Shown here: one piece after another, positions 16,063 through 24,393 of the stretch | How positions within the stretch are numbered: the stretch's first letter is position 1 | Layout of the letters: every line of letters starts with the position of its first letter | Virus record (IMG/VR): IMGVR_UViG_3300034061_001830 | Coordinates: 1 to 26,207 of that record | Length of the DNA stretch: 26,207 nt | Strand: one strand, 5' to 3' | From: a virus | Taxonomy: Duplodnaviria; Caudoviricetes | Translations under genes and position numbers: made by a program | The notes under the pieces: model-generated | Database searches by the model: none | The model's input: the letters and a program-made list of their open reading frames with translations, nothing else | What the model was told of the DNA's origin: nothing

Positions 16063-16861
16063 AGACGCTAGGTACGCCTTAAACCTTTTTGTGTCTGACC
16101 CTGATTTACGGGTTAATTCAGAAACCCTAAAAACTCAAATGGGTATTAGTAGACGTAAGAGTCGACAACTAATTATAGAGCTGGAGTCTGCTGGCTACGT
16201 AATTAGGCTTAGAAACTCAAACATAGGAACACGCTTAAAAATCTCACAGAAGGTACCAGTTTTGGTACCTTCCGATACGCTATATAGCGATATAGCCCTT
16301 AGCCCTATTTCTAATAGCTTAAAAGCTGATATCTCTTATATAGCTACAAATAAATTCTTTGACGAAGTCAAAGAGGACGGGGGAAGCATGAATGATGAAA
16401 TGTATCGAAGTCTATTTGGCTCAAAGTCCACAAGTGACTTCGAAACCGACCAAAACGCTAAGATGGATAAACGTAAGCGTCATCGAGATAGCGTAGAGGT
16501 TGCTAAGTGGAATTCTAAAGATGTGGCTTACGAGTTTGCCGACCGCATGATGGACCTGTGGAATATTCCCCCATTCCGCGTTACTCAGTCCCGTTTTGTT
16601 ATGGCTCTTGCGGGCATGCGTAAGAAATTTCAAACCAACGGCGCTATAGAGGTTGCCATGATTGATATATTCTTCAGTTCAATCCAGCATGATAAATATA
16701 AAGATGGGAATCATCTTTGGCGTTCTTTTATTCGTATAGCTCCTTCCATTGTTGAGCAGGCTCGAATATCTGTAACTACACCAGAACAGAGAGAGACTGC
16801 TATTGTTGAGGCCAAGGCTCAAGCAGCCAAAAAACTGGCCCTATTTGATGACGAGGACTAA
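16049..16861 (+). CDS. Putative replication initiator (N-terminal winged HTH)
   Basis: LKTQMGISRRKSRQLIIELESAGYVIR is a wHTH pattern. It directly precedes a DnaC-like ATPase. ATG 16049 is preferred over TTG 15998. Confidence 0.65.
   Translation: MSLSRDARYALNLFVSDPDLRVNSETLKTQMGISRRKSRQLIIELESAGYVIRLRNSNIGTRLKISQKVPVLVPSDTLYSDIALSPISNSLKADISYIATNKFFDEVKEDGGSMNDEMYRSLFGSKSTSDFETDQNAKMDKRKRHRDSVEVAKWNSKDVAYEFADRMMDLWNIPPFRVTQSRFVMALAGMRKKFQTNGAIEVAMIDIFFSSIQHDKYKDGNHLWRSFIRIAPSIVEQARISVTTPEQRETAIVEAKAQAAKKLALFDDED
16249..16350. repeat. Palindrome/short-repeat cluster (candidate replication origin)
   Basis: GAAGGTACCA-gttt-TGGTACCTTC (16249-16272), CGCTATATAGCG (16278-16289), TAGCCCT x2 (16293-16306), and further TAGC units. 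Confidence 0.55.
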
Positions 16862-17547
16862 TGTTCAGTTTAGATAATTTACCTATCCGTAGACGTACTT
16901 GGATACAGATTGCCTCTCTCCCAAAGGCCAGAATCGGCTGGGAATTGGGCGACTGTAAAGACGTACCTACCGAGGCTCTTGATAGCCTCTCAAAATGGCT
17001 CACAGGGCTTTATAAGGGCAACGTAGTGTCGGCCGTAGGACGTCAAACTTGCGGTCTTGGCCTACTTCTTTACGGGTTGCCCGGTAGGGGCAAAACGACC
17101 GTTGCAGTTACCCTCCTACAGGAAATTATGAGAACTGCTACCCCAGAGGCTTTAAAAATGGGAGAGGGTAAGACTTTGGTCCGACCTTGCTACTTTATAA
17201 CCTTCAACTCCCTTTTAGATTTAAAAGGCGCTTTGATGGATGAGCAAACTGAATCTGACAAGCTTTTGTACGACGGCATCTTGGGAGAGAGTTTAGATGA
17301 TGCCTACAACGTAAGAGTTTTGGTTTTAGATGATGTAGGAAAAGAACATGCAAGTTTATCTGGCTGGCAAAAGAGTATGCTTCACCACGTTCTTAGGACT
17401 CGGTACAACAACGGACTTCCCACTATAGTTACCACCAATGTAGAGTTAAAAAATTGGTCGGGACTTTACGGAGAAGCTACAGAGTCTTTTGCAAATGAAG
17501 CTTTTATGTATTTAAACATGGATAACATAAACGATTTGAGGAGATAG
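16861..17547 (+). CDS. DnaC/IstB-like AAA+ helicase loader
   Basis: Walker A GLPGRGKT, Walker B LVLDDVGKE, and R.RYNNGLPTIVTTN. Confidence 0.88.
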   Translation: MFSLDNLPIRRRTWIQIASLPKARIGWELGDCKDVPTEALDSLSKWLTGLYKGNVVSAVGRQTCGLGLLLYGLPGRGKTTVAVTLLQEIMRTATPEALKMGEGKTLVRPCYFITFNSLLDLKGALMDEQTESDKLLYDGILGESLDDAYNVRVLVLDDVGKEHASLSGWQKSMLHHVLRTRYNNGLPTIVTTNVELKNWSGLYGEATESFANEAFMYLNMDNINDLRR

Positions 17548-17549
17548 TT

Positions 17550-17693
17550 ATGGAGTTAGATGGATTACCAGTTCTTGTAGCAGATGATGATTTTATTGAG
17601 TATCTCTACGAACAAGGTTACGAAGAAACTATTGATGTAGCAGAGTTAGACTTTGAGTATAAACAGTGGGCAAAGGAAAATGTCAATGAGTAA
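17550..17693 (+). CDS. Small highly acidic protein (47 aa)
   Basis: MELDGLPVLVADDDFIEYLYEQGYEETIDVAELDFEYKQWAKENVNE*. GAGGAG SD upstream and 8-nt overlap with the next gene. Confidence 0.75.
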   Translation: MELDGLPVLVADDDFIEYLYEQGYEETIDVAELDFEYKQWAKENVNE

Positions 17694-17901
17694 AAAAGAT
17701 TTGAGAGATTACGGCTACCTAACTGCTGATGAATTTGTAGACATAGTTACACCAGGTCTTAGAAATTATTTAAAGCACAATTGGGGTTCAGACAAAGACT
17801 CTTTGTACCACCCAGAAGATTTGTTCTCCACTGCGTCTATTTATTTTGACGTGGCCTTAAATGTTGTTGGTCATTTTGGGATTCAAGGTAAGCGTGAGTG
17901 A
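17686..17901 (+). CDS. Hypothetical protein (71 aa)
   Basis: In ORF track. AAAGGA SD favours ATG 17686 (17680 is an alternative). Confidence 0.7.
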   Translation: MSKKDLRDYGYLTADEFVDIVTPGLRNYLKHNWGSDKDSLYHPEDLFSTASIYFDVALNVVGHFGIQGKRE

Positions 17902-18193
17902 GTATAAGTTAATTCAAGTATTTTTAAGTCAAAGCTCCACAAATCCAGGACCAGGAATTTTTGAAGTAAGTGGAGATGACGAACAAAACTTGAGGTGCAC
18001 CTGCCCAGGGTTTAGCATTAAGGGGACATGCAAACATACTAAGTATGTTGCGTTAGCCATTGTTGAAAACGAAGGGGTGTATCCAATTGAGGTATCGACA
18101 AAAGCTTCTCTTGCAGAAACAGAGTTGGCACGACAAGACCCTGAAAAATTTAGAGAGTTTCTTTTAAAGTACGGAAAGATAAAGGTGTTCTAA
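17894..18193 (+). CDS. SWIM zinc-finger protein
   Basis: CTCPGF....CKH matches SWIM CxC-xn-CxH. GTG 17894 with AAGG upstream. Confidence 0.8.
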   Translation: MSEYKLIQVFLSQSSTNPGPGIFEVSGDDEQNLRCTCPGFSIKGTCKHTKYVALAIVENEGVYPIEVSTKASLAETELARQDPEKFREFLLKYGKIKVF

Positions 18194-18600
18194 TGGAGAA
18201 AGGTGATATTAGTAATTCTCTTCCTCCTCGCATTTTAGTTACCTTTGATGTGATAGTGGACGAATACGTTGACAAACGTAAGATTCTTAATATCATTCCC
18301 GTTAGCAAAACAAAGACTCACTACAACCGTTTAGTTCTAAGCCATTTGTACTCAGTTACTCTAAAGCGCGGTTGGACCCTAGAGCTGGTAAGTTTCAAAC
18401 ATGACGAAGAGGAGTTGGTGGAAGTGATGCAGAATTTAGACCAGTACGCCACTAATCCTTTTAGGTATGCAACCCCATACAAGTCCGTAGACAAATTAGT
18501 AGACGACCTGCCATACAGAGCAGAGGTTGCAGGTGTAGTTGACCTTCCTACTCGCTTAATGCGTTATGGAAGTTGGGGATTGGATTTTCCTAACCTATGA
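18193..18600 (+). CDS. Hypothetical protein, possible degenerate HAD-like fold
   Basis: Coupled by TAATG and ATGA overlaps. ILVTFDVIVD and GVVD loosely recall HAD motifs I and IV. Confidence 0.55.
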   Translation: MEKGDISNSLPPRILVTFDVIVDEYVDKRKILNIIPVSKTKTHYNRLVLSHLYSVTLKRGWTLELVSFKHDEEELVEVMQNLDQYATNPFRYATPYKSVDKLVDDLPYRAEVAGVVDLPTRLMRYGSWGLDFPNL

Positions 18601-19823
18601 CAAATGAAGCAAAATTAATAAGCGCTGCCATCCAGACTAGAGATTTATCTGCTCTATTTGAACGAGGAGTAACCGACTCTTGGTTTCCAGACCAAGACGA
18701 CCGTCGTATTTGGGTTTTTCTTCGTTCACACTTTTCAAAGTACGGTGAATGTCCAAGTTTAGAAGTTGTAACTGAGAACTTCCCTACTTATCAAGTATTA
18801 AACCTGTCCGATTCAATGGACTTTTTACTAGATGATTTGATTTCAAAGCGTCGTAAAGTTGCCACTAGTTCTATGTTGCGTGAAGCGATTCAAGCAATTG
18901 AAAAAGAACAAGACCATGAAGCCGCTCTTATTGCTCTTCAACGAGGTATGGTTAAGATTGAAGAGGCTGGACTTAGTACCAGCACAGATGTTAACTTGGT
19001 TAAAACAACAGAGACTCGTTGGGACGAATATCAACAATTAAAAGCAAACCCAGGATTGTTGGGGTATGCAACTGGTTTTCCTACAATTGACGCTGTTACT
19101 AGCGGATTACAGAATGGGCAATTAATTGTTTTGGTTGCTCCCCCTAAAACAGGTAAATCAACTCTTGCTTTACAGATGGCTAGAAACATTCACAAAGACG
19201 GCGCAGTCCCGTTATTTCAATCTTTTGAAATGTCTAATACAGAACAGCAAAAACGTTATGATGCTATGAGAGCTATGGTTTCTCATCACCGTCTTATTAC
19301 AGGTTCTCTTACAGATGAAGAAGAGGCTAGATACAGAGCTTCTCTAACCGCCATGGCTGCAGACCCACATAATTTTTGGTTAACTGACGCTGCTGGTGGA
19401 CAAACTGTTGCAGCAGTGGCAAGTAAGATTCAAACTATTCAACCCGATGTTATTTTTATTGACGGTGTGTATTTAATGATTGATGAACAGAGCGGTGAGG
19501 CAAATACTCCATTAGCTCTTACTAACATTACTCGTTCCTTAAAACGTTTAGCACAGCGTGTGGACAAGCCAATAGTTGTTTCTACTCAGGTGCTTCAATG
19601 GAAGATGCGTAAAGGCAAAGTGACTACTGATTCCATTGGTTATTCATCTTCTTTTTTCCAAGACGCAGACGTGTTGTTTGGTTTGGAACGAGAAGACGAC
19701 ACCGTAGACGACACTAGAATTCTTAAAGTATTGGCTGCTCGTAATTCAGGTCCTACAGAGACTTCTTTGCTTTGGGATTGGAATACGGGTCAATTTAGAG
19801 AGTTATCTGGAGACGACCTATGA
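18597..19823 (+). CDS. dnaB: DnaB-like (SF4) replicative helicase
   Basis: TGFPTID, Walker A APPKTGKS, SFEMS, IFIDGVYLM, LKRLA...PIVVSTQ, QDAD and ARNSG. Confidence 0.93.
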   Translation: MTNEAKLISAAIQTRDLSALFERGVTDSWFPDQDDRRIWVFLRSHFSKYGECPSLEVVTENFPTYQVLNLSDSMDFLLDDLISKRRKVATSSMLREAIQAIEKEQDHEAALIALQRGMVKIEEAGLSTSTDVNLVKTTETRWDEYQQLKANPGLLGYATGFPTIDAVTSGLQNGQLIVLVAPPKTGKSTLALQMARNIHKDGAVPLFQSFEMSNTEQQKRYDAMRAMVSHHRLITGSLTDEEEARYRASLTAMAADPHNFWLTDAAGGQTVAAVASKIQTIQPDVIFIDGVYLMIDEQSGEANTPLALTNITRSLKRLAQRVDKPIVVSTQVLQWKMRKGKVTTDSIGYSSSFFQDADVLFGLEREDDTVDDTRILKVLAARNSGPTETSLLWDWNTGQFRELSGDDL

Positions 19824-20752
19824 GACTAGAAGAGATGGAGACTGTTTTATCTCGATTAGGTATTGAAGTTGTATCTGTGAGGGGAAGTGAAATTCAATCT
19901 TATTGTCCTGGTCACAAACTCATCAAAGGAAAAGAAGACAGCAATCCGTCATGGTACATAAACGCTGATACTGGAGCACATATTTGTTTTAGTTGTGGGT
20001 ATAAGGGGAGTTTAATGTCTTTAATTTGCGATGTTAAGCAAGTTGATTATGCAGATGCTAAAGATTGGTTTTATTTAGAAAACGAAGATTTATCTTTAGT
20101 TATGGAAAGAGCAGAGAAAAAAGAAGAACCTATATTTAAAGAAGTTGTAGAGATATCAGAAGCTCGTTTAGCTTTGTTCACTGACCCTCCCGCTGAAGCG
20201 CTCGCTGCTCGCGGTTTCAAGTTAGAGTCAGCTAGAGAACATGAAGTGTTGTGGGACCCCAAACATAACAACTGGATTACGCCCATACGTAACCCTTTTA
20301 CCAACAAACTCATGGGGTGGCAGGAGAAAGGTTATGTCAAACGTTACTTCAAGAATTACCCTACGGGAGTGGAAAAAAGCAAAGCTCTTTTTGGCTTTCG
20401 CAGGTACGATGGTGGCAGGCTTATTGTTGTTGAGTCTCCTCTAGACGTAGTTAGATTATCTTCAGTTGGTGTTTCTGGTGGGGTTGCTACATTTGGTTCT
20501 TTAGTTTCTAAAGAACAAGTCAGCCTCATCAGAAGCGCTGACCAAATCGTGTTTGCTTTTGATAACGACGACGCTGGAAGACTTGCTGCTCAGAAGATGC
20601 TTGACTTAACTGTGTCTTTAAGTTTTGAAGCTTGGTTTTTTAATTATTCGGCTACAACTATGAAGGATGTAGGCGGTATGAGTAAAGCAGAGATACTTAC
20701 TGGATTGGAAACTGCAAAGCACAGTTTGCACGGACTTAAGGCAATAGTATGA
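19820..20752 (+). CDS. dnaG: DNA primase (CHC2 zinc finger + TOPRIM)
   Basis: CPGH...CFSCG zinc-binding domain, VVESPLD, FDNDDAG and KDVG. Confidence 0.92.
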   Translation: MRLEEMETVLSRLGIEVVSVRGSEIQSYCPGHKLIKGKEDSNPSWYINADTGAHICFSCGYKGSLMSLICDVKQVDYADAKDWFYLENEDLSLVMERAEKKEEPIFKEVVEISEARLALFTDPPAEALAARGFKLESAREHEVLWDPKHNNWITPIRNPFTNKLMGWQEKGYVKRYFKNYPTGVEKSKALFGFRRYDGGRLIVVESPLDVVRLSSVGVSGGVATFGSLVSKEQVSLIRSADQIVFAFDNDDAGRLAAQKMLDLTVSLSFEAWFFNYSATTMKDVGGMSKAEILTGLETAKHSLHGLKAIV

Positions 20753-22332
20753 CTTTTAAAGGAACCTTATTACCTTATCAACCAGAGGCAGTTGACCGAA
20801 TGTGCGAGCGCAAAAAAATGCTTGTTGCGTACGATTTAGGTTTAGGCAAAACTATTATGACTATCGCTGCTTTAGAACGATTGATGGATGAAGGCAAGGT
20901 AACTGAGCCTGGAATCATAGTTTGTTTATCAAGTATTAAGTATCAATGGGCTAATCAAATTAAAAAGTTTACAGAAGGAACGTCTACAGCCATTGTAATT
21001 GACGGTACACCAAAACAAAGAGAAGCTCAATACAACAAAGTTTACCGTTGGCGAGACACAAAAATAGATTACGTGATACTTAACTATGAACAAGTAGTTA
21101 ACGATTGGAAATTTATTCAAAAGTTACCAAAAGGGTTTGTTGTGTTAGACGAGGCTACTGCTATTAAATCTTTTAAATCTAAACGTTCTAAAGCTGTAAA
21201 AAAGTTGTCAGACGCCCCATATAGGTTTGCTTTAACTGGAACTCCAATTGAAAATGGAAAGCCAGAAGAACTGTTCAGTATTATGCAGTTTGTAGACCAG
21301 TCTGTTTTAGGACGGTTTGATATCTTTGATACTGCTTTTATAGTTAGAAATAACTGGGGTGGGGTTGACAGGTACAGAAACTTAAATACTTTACATGAAC
21401 GTCTTAAAGAAGCGTGTGTCAGAAAATCTCAAAAAGACGCAGATGTTGCTCCATATCTGCCAGACGCTTTGTACAAAGAACCTCTTCAAGTAATACTAGA
21501 TAGAAAATCCGCAAAGCTATACTCTAGAATTTTGTCTGACTTACTTATAGACCTAGATGACGCTCAAACACTATTTGGTGCTAATTTTAATCTGCTTGCT
21601 CACTACGGCTATGAAAGCCAGTGGAATCAAGGAGACGAGCTTCGTGGAAAAATCATGTCTAAAATTGGTTGTTTAAAGATGCTGTGCTGTTCCCCAAATC
21701 TAATTAAATCAAGTGCTGATAAGTTCAGGTTAGCTAAAGGGGAAGGGTCTGCTTACGCAGCTCAACTTGATGACGAAGGCCTTTTAGAATCAATGCCTGA
21801 GACTAAATTAGACATGTTAATTGCTTACTCTAAAGATTTCCTAGAACAAGATGAATCTAACAAACTTGTCATTTTTTGTACTTACGTAGAGATGCTTGAC
21901 AAGATTATTGATAGGCTTGGTTCCGATATATGCAGGGTCTACTCTGGACAGATAGATTCTAAAACTAAAGAGGAACACAAAGTTGAATTTAATACTTCTC
22001 CTAATGTTAGGGTTCTCGTTAGCTCTGACGCTGGGGGCTATGGCGTTGACCTACCATCTGCTAATCTTCTTATCAACTACGACCTTCCCTGGTCTTCTGG
22101 CTTGGCTACTCAAAGGAACGGACGAATCAACAGAGCGTCTTCAGAATGGTCCACAATCGTCATACAAGACATCCTTGTAAGCGGGTCTATAGAGATGAGA
22201 CAGTATGAAGCCCTACAGCAAAAAAACGCTGTGGCCTCGGCTGTTTTAGATGGAACGGGCATAAACGACAAAGGCGGGGTTGACTTGACTATTAGTAGTC
22301 TTAAAAAGTTTTTATTAGATAGTTCCGTGTAG
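20749..22332 (+). CDS. SNF2-family (SF2) helicase/translocase
   Basis: LLPYQ, DLGLGKT, VLDEAT, LTGTPIEN, GGYGVDL, YDLPW and QRNGRINR. Confidence 0.92.
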   Translation: MTFKGTLLPYQPEAVDRMCERKKMLVAYDLGLGKTIMTIAALERLMDEGKVTEPGIIVCLSSIKYQWANQIKKFTEGTSTAIVIDGTPKQREAQYNKVYRWRDTKIDYVILNYEQVVNDWKFIQKLPKGFVVLDEATAIKSFKSKRSKAVKKLSDAPYRFALTGTPIENGKPEELFSIMQFVDQSVLGRFDIFDTAFIVRNNWGGVDRYRNLNTLHERLKEACVRKSQKDADVAPYLPDALYKEPLQVILDRKSAKLYSRILSDLLIDLDDAQTLFGANFNLLAHYGYESQWNQGDELRGKIMSKIGCLKMLCCSPNLIKSSADKFRLAKGEGSAYAAQLDDEGLLESMPETKLDMLIAYSKDFLEQDESNKLVIFCTYVEMLDKIIDRLGSDICRVYSGQIDSKTKEEHKVEFNTSPNVRVLVSSDAGGYGVDLPSANLLINYDLPWSSGLATQRNGRINRASSEWSTIVIQDILVSGSIEMRQYEALQQKNAVASAVLDGTGINDKGGVDLTISSLKKFLLDSSV

Positions 22333-22335
22333 AGT
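22330..22335 (+). promoter_or_regulatory. Putative -10 box for a leaderless transcript
   Basis: TAGAGT (TANNNT) lies 6 nt before ATG 22342, with no SD upstream of that ATG. Confidence 0.45.
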
Positions 22336-22341
22336 ACTCCC

Positions 22342-22509
22342 ATGCCAACCTACGAATTTCGTTGTGAGTCCTGTGAAGCCTACGGCACTGGGGAGTACTC
22401 CATTCACGAGGACGCTCAAATGAGATGCCCTAGATGTCACACTTTAATGTCTAAAATATACTCAGCTCCTGGTTTAATATTTAAAGGCAGCGGTTGGGGC
22501 GGAAAATAG
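22342..22509 (+). CDS. FmdB-family zinc-ribbon protein (55 aa)
   Basis: MPTYEFRCESC...CPRC..LMSKIYSAPGLIFKGSGW is the FmdB (CxxC_CxxC_SSSS) signature. Confidence 0.9.
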   Translation: MPTYEFRCESCEAYGTGEYSIHEDAQMRCPRCHTLMSKIYSAPGLIFKGSGWGGK

Positions 22510-22520
22510 GGTTTTATACC

Positions 22521-22529
22521 TGTTAAAAT
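22521..22529 (+). promoter_or_regulatory. Extended -10 promoter for a leaderless transcript
   Basis: TGtTAAAAT lies 6 nt before ATG 22536, with no SD. Confidence 0.6.
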
Positions 22530-22535
22530 AGTTTA

Positions 22536-22691
22536 ATGCCAAATGCACCTAAGACCCCAACGCGTACTATCCGCGTATCTGACGAGCTGTGGACAGCTGT
22601 CCAGAAGAAGGCTGCCCTAGAAGAGGTCACAGTCACTAGCGTCATTATTGAAGCTTTGAACAACTACGTATCTGGGGTTGACAAGGGGTAA
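22536..22691 (+). CDS. Ribbon-helix-helix DNA-binding protein (51 aa)
   Basis: MPNAPKTPTRTIRVSDELWTAVQKKAALEEVTVTSVIIEALNNYVSGVDKG*: a TIRV strand followed by two helices. Confidence 0.82.
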   Translation: MPNAPKTPTRTIRVSDELWTAVQKKAALEEVTVTSVIIEALNNYVSGVDKG

Positions 22692-22706
22692 CTACCTGAT
22701 TAAGTT
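22678..22706 (+). promoter_or_regulatory. Sigma70/SigA-type promoter
   Basis: TTGACA (22678-22683), 17-nt spacer, TAAGTT (22701-22706), then AGGAGG SD at 22721. Confidence 0.75.
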
Positions 22707-22731
22707 TGTACCAACCTAATAGGAGGTACAA

Positions 22732-23169
22732 ATGCCAGACAATAGTGTAGACGCTCTACTTGATGAGCAGTTAGAAATCGTAAAAGGTGAAGTACGTCAG
22801 TACGTAGCTCTTAAAGACCAAATAGACTCCCTAAACAAAAGAAAAGACGACATTAAAGGTCGTATCTTTGCTGTTGCAGAAAACTATGGAGAGCCTACAG
22901 ATAAAGGTCATATTGTTTTTCCAATAAATGAGGAAACAACAGGTACTAAGTCTATTGTTAAACAACGTCGTGCTTCTAAAGTTTTTAATGAAGAAAGAGC
23001 AGATACTGTTTTAACTTCTAAATCGTTAAAAGAACGTTGTGTTAAAACTGTAGAAGTTTTAGATGAAGACGCAATTATGGCTGCATATTATGAAGGACTA
23101 TTGACTGACTCTGACATTGACTCAATGTTTCCAGAGAAAGTTACTTGGGCTTTAATTTTGGAGAAGTAA
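22732..23169 (+). CDS. Hypothetical coiled-coil protein (possibly Gam-like)
   Basis: Strong SD and N-terminal coiled coil. V.T.E.LDEDAI loosely resembles Mu Gam/Gp157-type proteins. Confidence 0.55.
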   Translation: MPDNSVDALLDEQLEIVKGEVRQYVALKDQIDSLNKRKDDIKGRIFAVAENYGEPTDKGHIVFPINEETTGTKSIVKQRRASKVFNEERADTVLTSKSLKERCVKTVEVLDEDAIMAAYYEGLLTDSDIDSMFPEKVTWALILEK

Positions 23170-23170
23170 A

Positions 23171-23632
23171 TTGCCTAATGACTTTATTGAAGAGACCTTT
23201 GGCGAATTAGACGCTTTCTATCCAGGAAGCAAACGCAAACGTCGCAAACCCGTCCCAGAAAAACCTGTGGTAGAAGTCGTGCCTTGGGAAGACGAGTACT
23301 TTGAAAAGTTTATAAACGGACAAAAAGTAAAACTATATACATTAGGGTCTTTAGCTAAAGCTATAAATCGCTCACCTAAAACCTTGCGTAAATGGATGGA
23401 ACAAGGTAAGTTTCCACAATCACCTTACCGAATGCCAGATACTGTAGGTAAAAACGGAAAAACCTACGTTGGGAGAAGGCTATACAGTAAAGCGATGGTG
23501 GATGCCGTGGTAAAAATCTTTGCCTCGGCTGGACTGCTACACGCGGATAGAGTAGAATTATCTACGCACCGGAATCTTGCAGACAAGATAACCGAGGTGT
23601 GGAATGAAATCCGCACAACCGAAACTAACTAA
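23171..23632 (+). CDS. MerR-like winged-HTH DNA-binding protein
   Basis: YTLGSLAKAINRSPKTLRKWMEQGKFP...RRLYS. TTG start with GGAG. Confidence 0.8.
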   Translation: MPNDFIEETFGELDAFYPGSKRKRRKPVPEKPVVEVVPWEDEYFEKFINGQKVKLYTLGSLAKAINRSPKTLRKWMEQGKFPQSPYRMPDTVGKNGKTYVGRRLYSKAMVDAVVKIFASAGLLHADRVELSTHRNLADKITEVWNEIRTTETN

Positions 23633-23645
23633 GGAGAAATGCCAA

Positions 23646-24320
23646 ATGGCTATTCAACAAACTGCCCCAGATGCCAATGCGTATGTGGCCGAAGAATCAA
23701 TTGATGAGCGTCCTGCTCAATCAACCACTAAGTCCGCTTCTGATGATGTTGTTTTATCAGGATGGGATGCTGCTGAAAAACTAACTACTGCTATGGGAGA
23801 TTTTCCTGTAGAGACCCGTTTGATTGAAAACGAATTTCAAGTTTTCAAGTTCTTGGACCAAGATGGTCCCTTTGCTATCTATAAGCAACACTTCCTTAAT
23901 CAAAAGACTTCAGGAAAACGTTCATACGTTTCACTTGGAGCTAACGACCCATTGTGTGTAAAGCTTGGAAGTAAGCCAGAAAATAAGAGAGCATTTTCTG
24001 TTGTTAACTTTAGTGCTGAAGAAGGACCTCAGCGTCAAATGTTAATTGCAGGTTCTCGTTTGTATCAGGCTCTACATGCTGCTCACTTCTCACCTCAAGG
24101 ACCTCTTACCAAGGGTTACTGGGCGATTTCTCGCACAGGAAAGATGGCTGCAACTGTTTACACCATCACTCCAATTAAAGAGCGTGACTTGGAAGAAGAC
24201 TGGAAAATTAATCCAGAAACCGCTGCTGCGGTTGTTGAAAACACACAACCCTACACTGCTGACGCAATTCGTAAACCAACTTGGGAAGAGTTGGACGAAA
24301 TTGCTAATTCACTTCTCTAA
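23646..24320 (+). CDS. Single-stranded DNA-binding protein (gp32-like, putative)
   Basis: KFL..GPF..YKQHF, DPLC, ISRTG...TVYTI and an acidic end. Lies directly upstream of the polymerase. AAGGAG favours ATG 23646. Confidence 0.7.
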   Translation: MAIQQTAPDANAYVAEESIDERPAQSTTKSASDDVVLSGWDAAEKLTTAMGDFPVETRLIENEFQVFKFLDQDGPFAIYKQHFLNQKTSGKRSYVSLGANDPLCVKLGSKPENKRAFSVVNFSAEEGPQRQMLIAGSRLYQALHAAHFSPQGPLTKGYWAISRTGKMAATVYTITPIKERDLEEDWKINPETAAAVVENTQPYTADAIRKPTWEELDEIANSLL

Positions 24321-24340
24321 AAACTAAATCACTTTAACAC

Positions 24341-24378
24341 TTAATAGCGGGGTAGAACGTGCTCTACCCCGCTATTAA
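24341..24378. repeat. Perfect 16-bp inverted repeat (hairpin; terminator or processing site)
   Basis: TTAATAGCGGGGTAGA-acgtgc-TCTACCCCGCTATTAA. Confidence 0.85.
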
Positions 24379-24393
24379 AAAGGAACCCACAAT

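Noticed and set aside
21148-21159. DEAT instead of DEAH in SNF2 motif II as a sign of inactivation
   Set aside because: The catalytic DE pair and the other motifs are intact, and the fourth position varies in phage SNF2 proteins.
10753-23645. Longer upstream starts given in the ORF track (10753, 15382, 15998, 17653, 17861, 23604)
   Set aside because: Downstream starts have better SD spacing or stop-start coupling.
23639-23704. Out-of-frame Cys-rich mini-ORF MPNGYSTNCPRCQCVCGRRIN
   Set aside because: Its ATG is only 2 nt from the SD and it overlaps the SSB start, so it is likely chance.
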